A DNA stretch of 64,000 nt from Schizochytrium sp. TIO01 (Eukaryota; Protista; Bigyra: Labyrinthulomycetes): positions 930,001-994,000 of the forward strand of contig SMSO01000005.1 of NCBI GenBank assembly GCA_004764695.1, given 5' to 3'. A program made the position numbers and the translations under genes. The notes beneath the pieces are model-generated. The model worked only from the letters and a program-made list of their open reading frames with translations, ran no database searches and had not been told where the DNA came from. Numbering within the stretch: position 1 is the first letter of the stretch; each line of letters opens with the position of its first letter. Shown here piece after piece: positions 43,274 to 55,100 of this stretch.

Positions 43274-43994
43274 TTTTGGGGAAGTTGATCTTTGTTTTGC
43301 TCTATACATAAACAAACGTTTCGGCCCTCCTTTCTTTTTATGATAGTATGAGTTTATTTCACCAAAGTTAGTCCCATTAGATCTTCAGGTTTTGCTTTTC
43401 TCAAGAGCTCCCGCCGTGCTTATGCCTATAGAATACACGCGAATAGGTTCTCCTCTTTTCTTTCCCTGATAAGACAACATTCAAGTTGAAGCCAGCTTTG
43501 TGGACATTTGGGTTTTGTCAAACAAAAACTTGAGGTTGGATTCATTAACCGATTTTTTTACAACTATTCTTCCCTTCATAAAGTATTTGTTGGGTGATAT
43601 GTGTCCTCTACTAGTAAACAATTGCATGGAGGGGCTTGTGTCACTCTAGCTTTAAATGGCTTATCTCTTCAGTGCTGAGATTTGAAAAATCGCTTCTCAT
43701 AAGCACCACTTACTCGGAACATTATAATGATAGTTCTTGATGACAGTTCATGGGCATGAAGCAATATTTTGATGTCTGCAGTAGCCACGTGTATGCTCAG
43801 AATTAGCTGCATGTTAACCTTTCCTTCGAAAACAGAAACACAATTATTATATAATTTTAAACAAAGTAAAATCAAAAACTACCGATGCAACAGACTCTCG
43901 CTCGCGAGTGGTTGTCGCTACAGTAAAAACACATATAATATAGAAGAATAAGCATCTACTTATTGTAAAGTAGAGCAAGTTTATTGTTGAAATA

Positions 43995-46900
43995 TCAGCG
44001 CTGAGACGATGCGACTGAGGGTGGTGGGATAGATGTTGTCGTCCAGCGAGTATTGCCCTGGCTAGAGCTTGTCACTGAATCTTCCTCACTATCATCATCC
44101 GAGTCACGGCTCCTGTTTCCAGGAAAACGATTTCTCGAATGCCTTTTAGATTCACTACTAAGATGCTCACTCCGGGACGAGGAAGCAGAAGGAGACGGAG
44201 GGGGAGGGGGTGCCCTTGGATAGCCATCTTCGTCAAACTCATCTGGTTGACGCTGCGGACCATGCGCCACAGCGGCTACAGCCAAGGTCAATACTGCAGC
44301 AGCACTATCAACACTTTCAGTACGAGACAGCCCTGCCTGGGGCTTATTCTGGCTGTCTAAATTAAAAATGCTTGCATCGTGGGCTACATTTTCATAATGT
44401 ATTTCTCCAGGTACTTCTGCAACATTGCTATTAAGAGAATATTTGCTCGAGCGACGGTCAGTGATATCAGCAGGTGGCGGAGGTGTGCTAGACATGCTTG
44501 CTTTACTGAGATAGTCATCTTCTTCGAGAGGCGGAGGTGGAGGGGGGGGAGGACGAATTGAATATGCCGCCGTTGCGTGCATAGCATCTGAAGCACGACT
44601 CTTTCGACGAAAGATTGAGGACTTCTTCCGACGCTCTTGCACAGACATTTTGCGCGCATAATTTGGCATCTCAGCTATTCTTTCGGGGGTTTCTGGTTCA
44701 GCCATGAGAGTTGCATTGTACTTGTTGAAAAGAGTGAGCTGAGCCTCTGATTCCTCAGGCTCCTCGGGAAAAGGCTCCTCGCTGCGCACCGACTCGAGAG
44801 CCTCAATCCAGGTCATTTTTTCTGCACGTGTATCAACAGCCCAAATCATTGTAACTAGACCTAGGGAATCAGGGCCGAGTGGACGGCACTCCGACAGAAC
44901 AAAGGAAGATTCCTGGTGTTCATCAATCTTTACATGGCGCATATCTAGGACAGCAAGAATGTTATGCGAAGGTCTGGTGAGCTTGCGGGAGCGCTGCGCC
45001 CGACTGAGGATAAAAGCACGTCCATCCTCATGCAGAGTCAGAAAGACTCTTGTTGAGACACGTGTGTAGGATTTACGATATTTGACCTGAATGAAACCTT
45101 GCCGAATTATAGGGCGTAGATCTAAACTGCCAAACACAGCCTCCTCGGATGCAGGACTTGGAATGTGGTCTGGAATGCGGCGTGCAATTTGTCGAGCATC
45201 CTCTGTTGGCGGTAGTATACATATCTCACCCATAATTCTACCTACCTGCAAACCGCCGCGAATAATAGCTTCTGAAAAAGAAACAGTTGGGCTTCGCTTT
45301 GCAGTCCAATTCTTTAAACCGTATCGATCAATCATTGTCCCTACAGCTTGCACCACATGGCGCAACGGAATCGAAGTCTGGCCAAACATACCAGGTTGGT
45401 GACGGCTTCGAACTAAACTAGATGTCATCTCAGCCATCTCTTCAGGGCCCTTTGAGCTAAGTAGAATGTGGTGAAGGGAAAGAGACTCCTCATCCTTACC
45501 AGATGGTTGAGTGACTTGGATGGTGAGGTGCTGCGACTTCAGGTAAATAGGATCGAAAACAGTGGGTTTGAGCGTTGGCATGCCAATTTGTGGATCAAAT
45601 GCATAGTAAAGGTCCTGAAACGCACCAGTGCCTTGATACGCGAATCTTTGAACCATTTTGCCGCGTTTGCGAGAGTCTGGGCTCAATTCAGTACCTGCAG
45701 CAGCCACTGACCATTCTACTTGATGAAGAATGGGTGAAGCGATGCACAAGGATACCCAAGTAGGCAGCTGTGTTCCATCCTCTGGCGCGTCGAGGCTTAC
45801 AACAACATTTTGTAATTTAATACGAGGGGCCCCAAGGTTCATTGCATCACGTGGCGATACAAAGAAATCACCATTCTTCGACGTCCATCCGCCATCATCT
45901 TCAAGATGCAAGGCAAACGGACGGGGTGCAGGTTCTTCTGTGGGCTGAGACTGATGTGGCGAGGACTCCTGAAAATGCGGAGTTTGATTATGGTGATGGT
46001 GCTGTTGGAGATTGGCTGGGGAAAAGGATCGTAAAAGTGCAGGAGCTCGTAGACCCCCCTTTCGTTTGGAGACACGCTCTGCCAGACGACGCAAGCTTAT
46101 ACCAGGCCCAGCGAATGAGCGTGATGGTGCGTCTGCTTCTAGGCTACCTTTGTCACGCGCGTCAGGGAAAGTCAATGGGTGAAATGGCCATGTGTATTCA
46201 TGACGCAGAGCGATTGTGAAATCCGAACCAACCGGACGGTGATCTGAGATCATGATACTATCTGCACAGAAATATCGGTTAATGACAATTGCTTTTTTGG
46301 AGCCTGGATGAGAATGCCATAGGACACGATCTGTATAGGAGGGTGGTTGCTCACGCTTATTACTTAATTCACGTCGACCCCGCTTCCATCGGTATGTGGG
46401 AGCAAACTCAGGAAGAGGAGTTTTAAATCCATAAAACGCTGTCCCTTCAGAAAGTTGATGCTGAAGTTGATCATGAGTGTGCAGCAGATTGTAATTCTTA
46501 TGAGTAACGGCTCGTTCAGCTTGCTTGAAGTCAAGCTCGACGCGATAATTCAAGTCGCCAAAGAAGAAAATATGCTCAAAGCAAAGCGTAGGTTCTAGCG
46601 GAAATGCATCAATACGTGCTGCTGTGCCTTGCAGATGTAGCTTTGACATAATCTGTGTGTAGTTAAGATTTCTCTCAGAAACCTTGTGCTGTTGAGCGCT
46701 GAGATGGGCACTAATGAAGCAAACCGGAACATCGCGCCAACGAAACCCAATGCCAACACCTCCCTTGTTGCCAAGTTGGACGCCTCCAACACCAAGTCGT
46801 AGACCAGTTTTGACCGAGCCAGCAGTGTATGAATTGATGTTGTGTAATTCATCGAGGTGCACATATACCAAGAGAACAACCTCCCACATACGTACGCTGA

Positions 46901-49094
46901 TAGCACGTTGGTATGTATCACCTAGATAGGCAGTGATTGCCTTTTGCCATTCATCAAATTTTGAGCTCACCTCTTGAAGACCAATTGCGATAATCTTATA
47001 CGAGCGAGCGTCAGTAGATCGAGGGATCCAATCACTCAGTGTATCGAGATTGCGAGGGGCTGCGGCATCTCCGACGTTAAATGTTCCGATGAAGATATTC
47101 TCATCGCTTGTAAACCACTCCTGGCCAATTGAGCTCCAGGCATGTTGCTGCAAAAGTGAAGCGTTTTTTACGTCAATACAAGGAGCTTCAACATTTTTCA
47201 AACTGCGGGGGTTTCTTTTGATGAGAAACACAGGATTTCCATGAGACCGTGTTTGGGATTCTTGCATAACTTTCTGCTCACTTGCTTCGCGCAGTGAGTT
47301 GAGGATAGACATGAAACGATTTGCTTCTTCAATAGAGCGGCAATCGAAAGAAAATCGAAAGAACTCCACATCACCCTCGGAGTCGCTACGATGATGGCGG
47401 CTAGAGCTAGGGGATGTTTGTGATCCTCGAGAAGAAGAGGGTTCGAGAACACTGTTTTTCTCTAAACATACAAACTTCCAATCATTTCTGTGATTTTCGT
47501 CAGTAGATTGGATACCGGCATCGACAGAATCAAAAGAGCCCTCCCCATTTAGAAAAATCTCTGTAGGAGAGGTCTCGGCAACCGACACAAGGTGAATCCC
47601 TTGAAAGTCAACTTGGACACGAGTCAAGTGTTTGGGCACAATCTTAACTGTAAGTTGCTGAGGATAAACAATTTGCACACCGAGTTTCTGTCGTGACCTG
47701 GGTGTTATGATTTCCCCTGCAGTTGCCTTGAAAAGGTATATATGGCCCAGGAAAGGGTTCATAGCTATTGTTCGTAATCCCCGTTTTCGCTCGAAGCCGC
47801 CTCGAAAGATTGACCATCCACCCTGGAAGTCAATTGAGCAGGCCGTATTATTCAATGTACGCCTCATTTCCACTTTCATCTTGCCAATAAGAGCCTTTTT
47901 AAGACTTTTGCTAATAAATCGAAGGTCATCGTGAGATTCGAAAATCAAGTTTTCAACCATAGTTCTCTTTGTCTGGCTGTGAGTGTATTGTGTTGAACGA
48001 GCAATAGAAAACTTGCTTCGGGCGCGAAATCTGGCTGACCTAGCTCTTAAGCCGCCATGCGAAGCGCCTGTCAGCCTTGTCAGCGTGTTATCGCCAACGT
48101 CGTCGTCTAGAGCATCGGGATGAATTTCTACAAGATCATCTTCCTCAAGGGCAGTTCCATCTGTGTAAATTTGCAGCGAAAGCCCCAAAGCGTTGTAACC
48201 ATGCTGAATAGTACCCACTAATTCACTGAAGCGATAAATTCCAAGCATCTCACCAGTGACATGGCTAATGATTTGAATAAGCCCGCGTTGCAATGAAAGA
48301 AGAAAACTCGCTGATTCGCCTTGTCCAAACCGATTATACCTTTTCACAACAAGTTGCTTCCACTCTCCGTTATTCCTTTTATGACGGAGCGTGCGCTCGA
48401 GAGTATGTTTAATTTTTTGCTGTGAATGATGAACGACAGAATCCTCTTCTTCAGGTTCCCCCAGCTTATTTGACTCTTCGCTCTCGCCATAGTCGCTCTC
48501 CTTCTCATCATCGTCAGAGTCTGAATCCTCGATCATGCTTTGTCGATGACGACGGGTTTTGGGGCCCCTCTTGGCAAACTGTTCTCCTACAGCTACGTCA
48601 GGACTCGCCTCACGGTCAACTTCAATTTCGTTGCTAGCAGTTGACTCGGTAGAATCAGCAAAGTCATCGTCGTTGCTAAGTGTCGTGCCCATATGTACAT
48701 GTTGCTTCTTATCGAACTTAATATTTGGGGGGTGATGCCGATTTCCTTTCCATGATATGACCTTATCCATTGCTGGTCGAATTGCACAAATTGCATCCAG
48801 GAACTGCTCAAGAAATGAGCTGTTTTTGAATGAAACGACCAATTTAAACAACATAGCACCAGACTTGCGGATCCTTACGGTCTGTTCGTCGAGGACATAA
48901 ATAGAACTAATGTCGCGCAGGTTCAGGGTCACGGTCACTTTTCCAAAATCATCTTCAACAATAAGTTTAGGTTTTGTAGTTGCCGAAGATACCTTGAGAA
49001 TCACACCTCCACGAGTTGTGCCAACCTCCTCAATCTCAAACATCTGCTCAAGGTTCGGGGTCGAGTCCACTGACTCCTCCATGCTGACACTCAT
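43995..49094 (-). CDS. Large inositol polyphosphate 5-phosphatase (SHIP/INPP5-like) with a PH-like domain and a proline-rich tail
   Basis: Motifs IFIGTFNVG, IAIGLQE, GNKGGVGI, FISAHL, FFFGDLNYR, PSYTDRVLW and SDHRPV. PH-like segment IIRQGFIQV...EKMTWIEAL; poly-Pro C-terminus. Confidence 0.92.
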   Translation of the reverse strand: MSVSMEESVDSTPNLEQMFEIEEVGTTRGGVILKVSSATTKPKLIVEDDFGKVTVTLNLRDISSIYVLDEQTVRIRKSGAMLFKLVVSFKNSSFLEQFLDAICAIRPAMDKVISWKGNRHHPPNIKFDKKQHVHMGTTLSNDDDFADSTESTASNEIEVDREASPDVAVGEQFAKRGPKTRRHRQSMIEDSDSDDDEKESDYGESEESNKLGEPEEEDSVVHHSQQKIKHTLERTLRHKRNNGEWKQLVVKRYNRFGQGESASFLLSLQRGLIQIISHVTGEMLGIYRFSELVGTIQHGYNALGLSLQIYTDGTALEEDDLVEIHPDALDDDVGDNTLTRLTGASHGGLRARSARFRARSKFSIARSTQYTHSQTKRTMVENLIFESHDDLRFISKSLKKALIGKMKVEMRRTLNNTACSIDFQGGWSIFRGGFERKRGLRTIAMNPFLGHIYLFKATAGEIITPRSRQKLGVQIVYPQQLTVKIVPKHLTRVQVDFQGIHLVSVAETSPTEIFLNGEGSFDSVDAGIQSTDENHRNDWKFVCLEKNSVLEPSSSRGSQTSPSSSRHHRSDSEGDVEFFRFSFDCRSIEEANRFMSILNSLREASEQKVMQESQTRSHGNPVFLIKRNPRSLKNVEAPCIDVKNASLLQQHAWSSIGQEWFTSDENIFIGTFNVGDAAAPRNLDTLSDWIPRSTDARSYKIIAIGLQEVSSKFDEWQKAITAYLGDTYQRAISVRMWEVVLLVYVHLDELHNINSYTAGSVKTGLRLGVGGVQLGNKGGVGIGFRWRDVPVCFISAHLSAQQHKVSERNLNYTQIMSKLHLQGTAARIDAFPLEPTLCFEHIFFFGDLNYRVELDFKQAERAVTHKNYNLLHTHDQLQHQLSEGTAFYGFKTPLPEFAPTYRWKRGRRELSNKREQPPSYTDRVLWHSHPGSKKAIVINRYFCADSIMISDHRPVGSDFTIALRHEYTWPFHPLTFPDARDKGSLEADAPSRSFAGPGISLRRLAERVSKRKGGLRAPALLRSFSPANLQQHHHHNQTPHFQESSPHQSQPTEEPAPRPFALHLEDDGGWTSKNGDFFVSPRDAMNLGAPRIKLQNVVVSLDAPEDGTQLPTWVSLCIASPILHQVEWSVAAAGTELSPDSRKRGKMVQRFAYQGTGAFQDLYYAFDPQIGMPTLKPTVFDPIYLKSQHLTIQVTQPSGKDEESLSLHHILLSSKGPEEMAEMTSSLVRSRHQPGMFGQTSIPLRHVVQAVGTMIDRYGLKNWTAKRSPTVSFSEAIIRGGLQVGRIMGEICILPPTEDARQIARRIPDHIPSPASEEAVFGSLDLRPIIRQGFIQVKYRKSYTRVSTRVFLTLHEDGRAFILSRAQRSRKLTRPSHNILAVLDMRHVKIDEHQESSFVLSECRPLGPDSLGLVTMIWAVDTRAEKMTWIEALESVRSEEPFPEEPEESEAQLTLFNKYNATLMAEPETPERIAEMPNYARKMSVQERRKKSSIFRRKSRASDAMHATAAYSIRPPPPPPPPLEEDDYLSKASMSSTPPPPADITDRRSSKYSLNSNVAEVPGEIHYENVAHDASIFNLDSQNKPQAGLSRTESVDSAAAVLTLAVAAVAHGPQRQPDEFDEDGYPRAPPPPPSPSASSSRSEHLSSESKRHSRNRFPGNRSRDSDDDSEEDSVTSSSQGNTRWTTTSIPPPSVASSQR

Positions 49095-52000
49095 ATTGCC
49101 AAATATGAATCAAATAATGCTACCTATGTACTCCCTCAACTGCTGCAAAAGCTGGAATTTTGCAGCGGCAGTAAACTCAAATAGAATCGAGCTGGGTGAT
49201 GAAACCTCAACTTGCACACCACGCGTAGCTCAACAGTCGTGTTGCTAGTAAAAATAATATTGTTCCTCCACGATCAATTCACAATCCTCAATTCACAATC
49301 AAGAGAAGAGCGACGCTCGAGATCTCAAGCAGTTTGAAAGAAAACAATTTAGAGAAGAGGTACGTACGGAAGGAGTCAGGAGTCAAGCAAGGTGTCTCCA
49401 AATCGCTGTGATAAAGAGATTGAGATGGTTTGTTACGCACTCAGGTCAGTTTGAGGAGTATCCTACGCCTCGCAACGAGCCACCCAAGACAGGGTTAAGC
49501 AGTGGGAAACTCGTTGCCTGCAAACTTCTTTACCCTTAGCGATGAAGAGTAGTCGAGCTATTTGACCAGAGGTTTGCTAATTTAATTCAAATGCACTTGT
49601 GCACGTGCTGCGCAGAAAACTGCTAAAGCCGTCACACCCAAAGCCAAGGGTCAGGGTCGGGCCGGAGCAAGGACAGCGCCAGCCCGCCAAATGGTCGCCT
49701 GACAAAACGCCGGCTACCTCTTGGCAGTCTGTGTGCGAACACACGAGCGGAGATGAGCTAGGAGTAACAACAACAAACCATACCTACGTATCCCTTGAAA
49801 AAGTGCCTAACAACTACTTAGTGCTAATCTAGGCAATGATAAAAGAAATTCAATTTAGAACACACCATCGCGTTGAACCGACTTTAACTCAGATCGGCTC
49901 GGCTTTGAGCTCAGTATCACCCACCAACAACTCATCAAAATTAGAATGGAAACAACGAGGATGATGTGCACTAAAGCTGTTGAGCCAGATGAACCCTTAG
50001 AAGAGTGCTCGAGGGAAATCAGGAGGTTCGTGACAAAATCGAGAAAGTCCAATTCCTTTGTTTTAAAGTTAACTTTATTCTCCGTAGTATTGCCTATGTA
50101 CCCCCTATGTACCTAGGTACTCTACCTACCAATAGTGAGGTACTTGTACCTACTTTCGAGGTTCGTTCACTCTTACTAGCTAGAGTCAGAGGTAATAAGT
50201 AATAATCTTTTAGAGTGGGCAGAACTCAAGCCAAAAGAAGGGTTTTCTGACTAGTGAGAGTGAAGTTCTTCACTCAGACCCGGATCCAGAACAAACCTCA
50301 AATCTTTCATGTTAAATTCTTGCTAACCAGCTTAATCTCGAGTGCTTCGCTTGTCCGTAACATTACTACGAAGAAGGAAAAGACTTGGATCATACATTAT
50401 GGTACCAGGGATGCTGATTCGTGTTATCGAATATCAGTCTTGGGTAAGCTGTGATGGAGAACCTCTGTAACCGAAGACTCTCTATCATTCGTGGATACGA
50501 ATTTGTAGAAGTTTAGCTTAGCCGAGCGGAACTGCCAATTCTTTCAGATCAAAGTATATAAGTCTTTGTCACCATGATGCGACTGGTATTGTATAGTTGA
50601 AGCAACAACTTGGTAAGTAAGTACCTGAGTCCAGACTAGGTGAATTTCAAAATTAGAGCAAATGCAATTTGTTTGCTGGCAAAAATGACTAGATCAATAC
50701 GAAAGATTGGTAGTAACAGTTGCTCTGTCATGAAGGTTTATTTTTGTAAGTATGGCGGTCTCGTTGAACTCTACATGCTTCTTTTAAAGTACTACTACTA
50801 AAGAATGTACACTAAAGGTTCACTACTTGTTAAGCTGCAACTACTACTAGTAGTTATTTTGAGTAACTACCTTACACATGACGATTCTCACCATTTGCGA
50901 TTTTCGTTCTATTATTTGATAGGATAAAAGCGCTCCTCAGCATCCTCTAGGGCGCTTAGATAGTCTTAAATTAATTTCTGAATTTCATTTGCTCCTATCT
51001 TCTCTTATACTTCCTCAGGTGTTCGAGGGGAAGTTAATGAAGTAAGAATCGTGCTTCGCTCAATCCAAGTCATTGTTCTCTCAAAGCCCAGAATCTTGTA
51101 GCAATCGTGAGTTCTTTGAGGACGATGACGTGAAAACGATTTGGCGCTAAGCTCCTGGTTTCAATGAGGCATGAAGTATGATTCTGTTGCTCTTGGTAGC
51201 CTTAAAGAATGAGATGATGCCCTTTAAACTTGTAATTACTCCATCTTTGACGTAGACTCTAGTGTTGTGACCTGATCCCTAATGTTACCAGCTTTGATCA
51301 GCTTTGATGGCATGCGTTCAGGTTGAAGGAGTGTAATCTTTGATTAGCCCACTCACGTATCACTGACTACAAATTTCACTGCACTAGATTGCACTGTGTT
51401 ACGTTTACATTCTATTGTTTTTCATTCTGGATTGCAAAATCTAAAATTATTGCGAAATCAACCTCGCATTTTCACTATTTCAAAGCAGAATATCTTTACA
51501 TAGAACCAGTCTCCAATCTGAAATACTTTCATGGCATTTCGTATCACCTAATGAACCCGGATAATAAAAGCTATCATAAAAGGAGAATCAATAAATAAAC
51601 CTCTAACCTAAATGGAACTCTGCCAAATACAGAAAAGATCATAATTTAAGAATGATATTTATACTTCATCATAAATCGCGGTCAAGTTGACTACTTACAT
51701 GTTTAACTTCAATATTGGGCTCAAATTACTCTGGAGATAATCTTGTCTTCTCTTTAGAAGCAAGATTATCGCTTCTGCGTACTTGCATAGTCACCAAAAA
51801 TTTCACGAAACTAATTTTCAAAGAACTTTTCGCATCTACTCCGTGTTTCTTTCTTACTTTTTGATATTTCTTTTTGAGACGTGAATACTTCTCAGCATAT
51901 ATTAGTTGCACTAGGCCAGAATTTCCAAGACCACAATAAACATTTTCAACACTTTAATATCTGACTGGTAGTCTTATCATTGAAACTTCTGACCTATTTA

Positions 52001-52199
52001 CCAATAACTTGTTCATTACCCCCCTCATTATGGAGACTTACTCCTTGTGTCTACGATTTAGGGGGATATACTGAGGTTATTTACCTAACTGTTTATAGGC
52101 AGCGCAAGCCTCCCTAAAGGCGAAAATACTCGCTCCAAGGTGAGAGCTTGAGAGCCTGAAAAGTCCTTCTCTCGACGAAGCTGCTGCCACTGGAGCGCA

Positions 52200-55100
52200 A
52201 TGAGCCTCCGTGCTGTACCCCGAGGCACGATGACTTCCCCTAGGGGCGGCGTTTCGGGTCGCCACGAGCGTCAGAAGGGTTTTGGGGATGGCCAAGCTGT
52301 GTCTAACCATCACCACGAGAATGTCGAAAGCGACGTGCAAAAGGACTCTACAAAGAATAGAACTTCTTTTGAAGAAGCACCCAACTATGCCTCAAATGAA
52401 TTCAATCCGAATACTGATCGGTATCCTGAGCAAAACGTGGATCACCATTATGCACACGAACTAGAGAATCTTGGCAAGATTGGGATCTCGCTGGGACCAG
52501 AGGTACCTCCGCTTGTTCAGGGCAAATTGCAGGGCGAGATTGAGGTTAAGGTGACGAAGTTGACAGTTACGCGTGGGGCCTTAGCAAGGGAAGCGAAACA
52601 AACTCCGATAGCTGTGGAATTTGCGTGGTGGGGCCAGGACTCTGCGTCTGGAGGCACTGTTTTTCATCCATATGTTACTAAAACGGGTAAGGACCGCGTG
52701 GGGCCAGTGCCAAGCGATGGAGGAATAACAAAGGTCGTTTTTCCAGTACGGTCCTCAGCGCATAAACTAGGAGCATATCTTAGAGACTGCCAAACTATTA
52801 CATTCAAGGTGATGCGGTCTGATGAGAGTTCAAATGCAGAGGTGGACTCTGCTATGGCTCTTGGAACGGCAACCCTTGAGCTCGTGCTGTCTGAAGAAGT
52901 AGACCCAGACCACCTTTTGATTGATGGTACAATTGCTGTTCTAGATCCATCGACCGGTGTCAAGGTAGGGTCTCTAGAAGTAGAGGTTCGTGTGGGCCTA
53001 GGCCGACGCCATAGCACACTCCTCGCGCATATCCAGGCAAACAGAGAGAATCAACGAACAAACATCGCACCACAACAAACAAAAGGTTTGAGTGATGATG
53101 TTGATGAATCATTTACAAATCATACTCTTAACTCATCCACTTTTTCGTTTCAAATGAATGAGCTTCAAGCCAGCCTTGCAGCAGAAGAGAATAAACCGGT
53201 CTCTGAGGCGGATCGCCATAAGTTCGCTGCCTCACCGTCTGCGTCTCAGGCGATGCCTCCACCACTTACCCCTTCACAGAAGGGAGGAGCTTTAGCGGCT
53301 AGATCGCCCCCTCGCAGGCGATTGCGCTCAAGCTCTGATTCAGAAAGCCTACAGTTCAGCGAGCAAGGTGCTGCCGCAAGGGACCGAGCACTTCGTGTGA
53401 TCAAGAGCTTACGAGGTCAGAGGCCGCCATCGCCAGTGGCAGAGTCACAAAGTACTAGACGGAATGCTCATTTAATTTCTTTTCAGGATTCCTTTGCACA
53501 TGGTACAGCAGCAAGCTCCCCAAAAGGCTTGGGTCAAGACTGGTTAACTCACGAGTCGCGAAAAACAGCATTTCAAGACATCTCTTACTCTGCAAACATG
53601 GAAAGACCTTTATCGCCACCTCCGCCACCTCCTCCCTTCCCCGAGCCGAATCGTCGGATAAATCGAACGCAACCTGAGCCCTCAACTCGAACAGCAAAGT
53701 CTTTAAGTGGCGTAAAAGGAAAGATTTTGGGAGGCAGAAACAAAAAATCAAAGTCAGCGTTTTCTGCATTTTTGAAACAGGCCGAACGTCTTCGTAGCGA
53801 GATGGACCAAGCATTGGAATATGGACAAAATCCAGTCGGTATCATTAGGCATGGGAAGTCGCTGGTTGAGGGAAGCTCGCAGCAGGATATTGTACCATAT
53901 GACCAATTATATACGTCTCAGTTTGAGGAGCATCCTCCTTATCATTCCACGGATTTTGCTTATGGGATGGGACATGGTTTTCATAGCCTAGAGGGCAAGA
54001 ACGATGCCTTACCAATAGGTGGGCTGGCAGCATACAGTGCAGGCGCTGGCATTGTGCGTGCAAATGGTGATGATTCTGATCTTGAAACCTGGATCCCGAA
54101 CCTTTTACATGAAATTGGCGAGACAGCGGGGTTTCCAGATGATCCTCTTGTGGCCGCGATGCAGTCTGTCACTGCATCTGTAGCAGCGACTCTACGTTCT
54201 GTCAAAACTATTCAATTTCAGCTCAATTATCTTGAGGTGCACCGGAGACTCGGGATCAGACCCCCTTCAACAAGCAATTTTCAATCTGAGGATTACCAGC
54301 TTGAATGCTCTCTTTTATTGCCCACTAACAAGGGCGTAGAAGATACACCCGAACAACTTATTCATGGACTTGTGCACATTCCGTTCCGCAACAAGTCTAC
54401 CGCGTCTCAGCCTTCAACATCAACTACGCGCCGTAGATTGGGAGGCACCCCGACAAACAGAAGAAGCACAACATCCAGTAATTCATCATCTCATGGATCT
54501 CGTATCAACCTACAACTCTCCTCTTCTCGTCCTGTTACGTTTGATCAAAGTACCCTACAAGCGTGGTTACTCGGGTTCTTGGATATCACTTTGAAACTTG
54601 ACAATGGCATCATTGCAACGGGAGCAGTCAGGTTACGGTCAATCCTACTCTCTGATGACATGCAGCATGCGCTACAAATTAGACTTTTGCCTCCCTCAGG
54701 TCAGTCTCTGAGTGAAAAGGCTTCATTTTCAGCAGCTGCTTCTGACGAACAAGCTCTCGTTACAATAAATGTCCGTGTATGTATGGAGTATAGTAAAGAT
54801 GCTGCCACGATCAAAGCAGAAACCCGTGCTGCTCAGGCACATTCTCTTGCTCTTTCCTCAGCACGCGCAACGAGATCAGTGAAGATAACATCCCCACCTC
54901 GACCGAGCAAGGGTGGACCACAAGGGCGGCTCCGTCTAGTTCTTGACCATCTCGCTGAAACTGAAAGAGGTGGTTTGAAGGATATTTCTGTACAACTTCA
55001 ACATCAAACCGGTAGATTTGGGTATGTGACAATATCCGAGGGAAACCGTTTTGTGGAGCTTCCTTACGATATGTCACACATTAGCCGTCCGTTTATCCTC

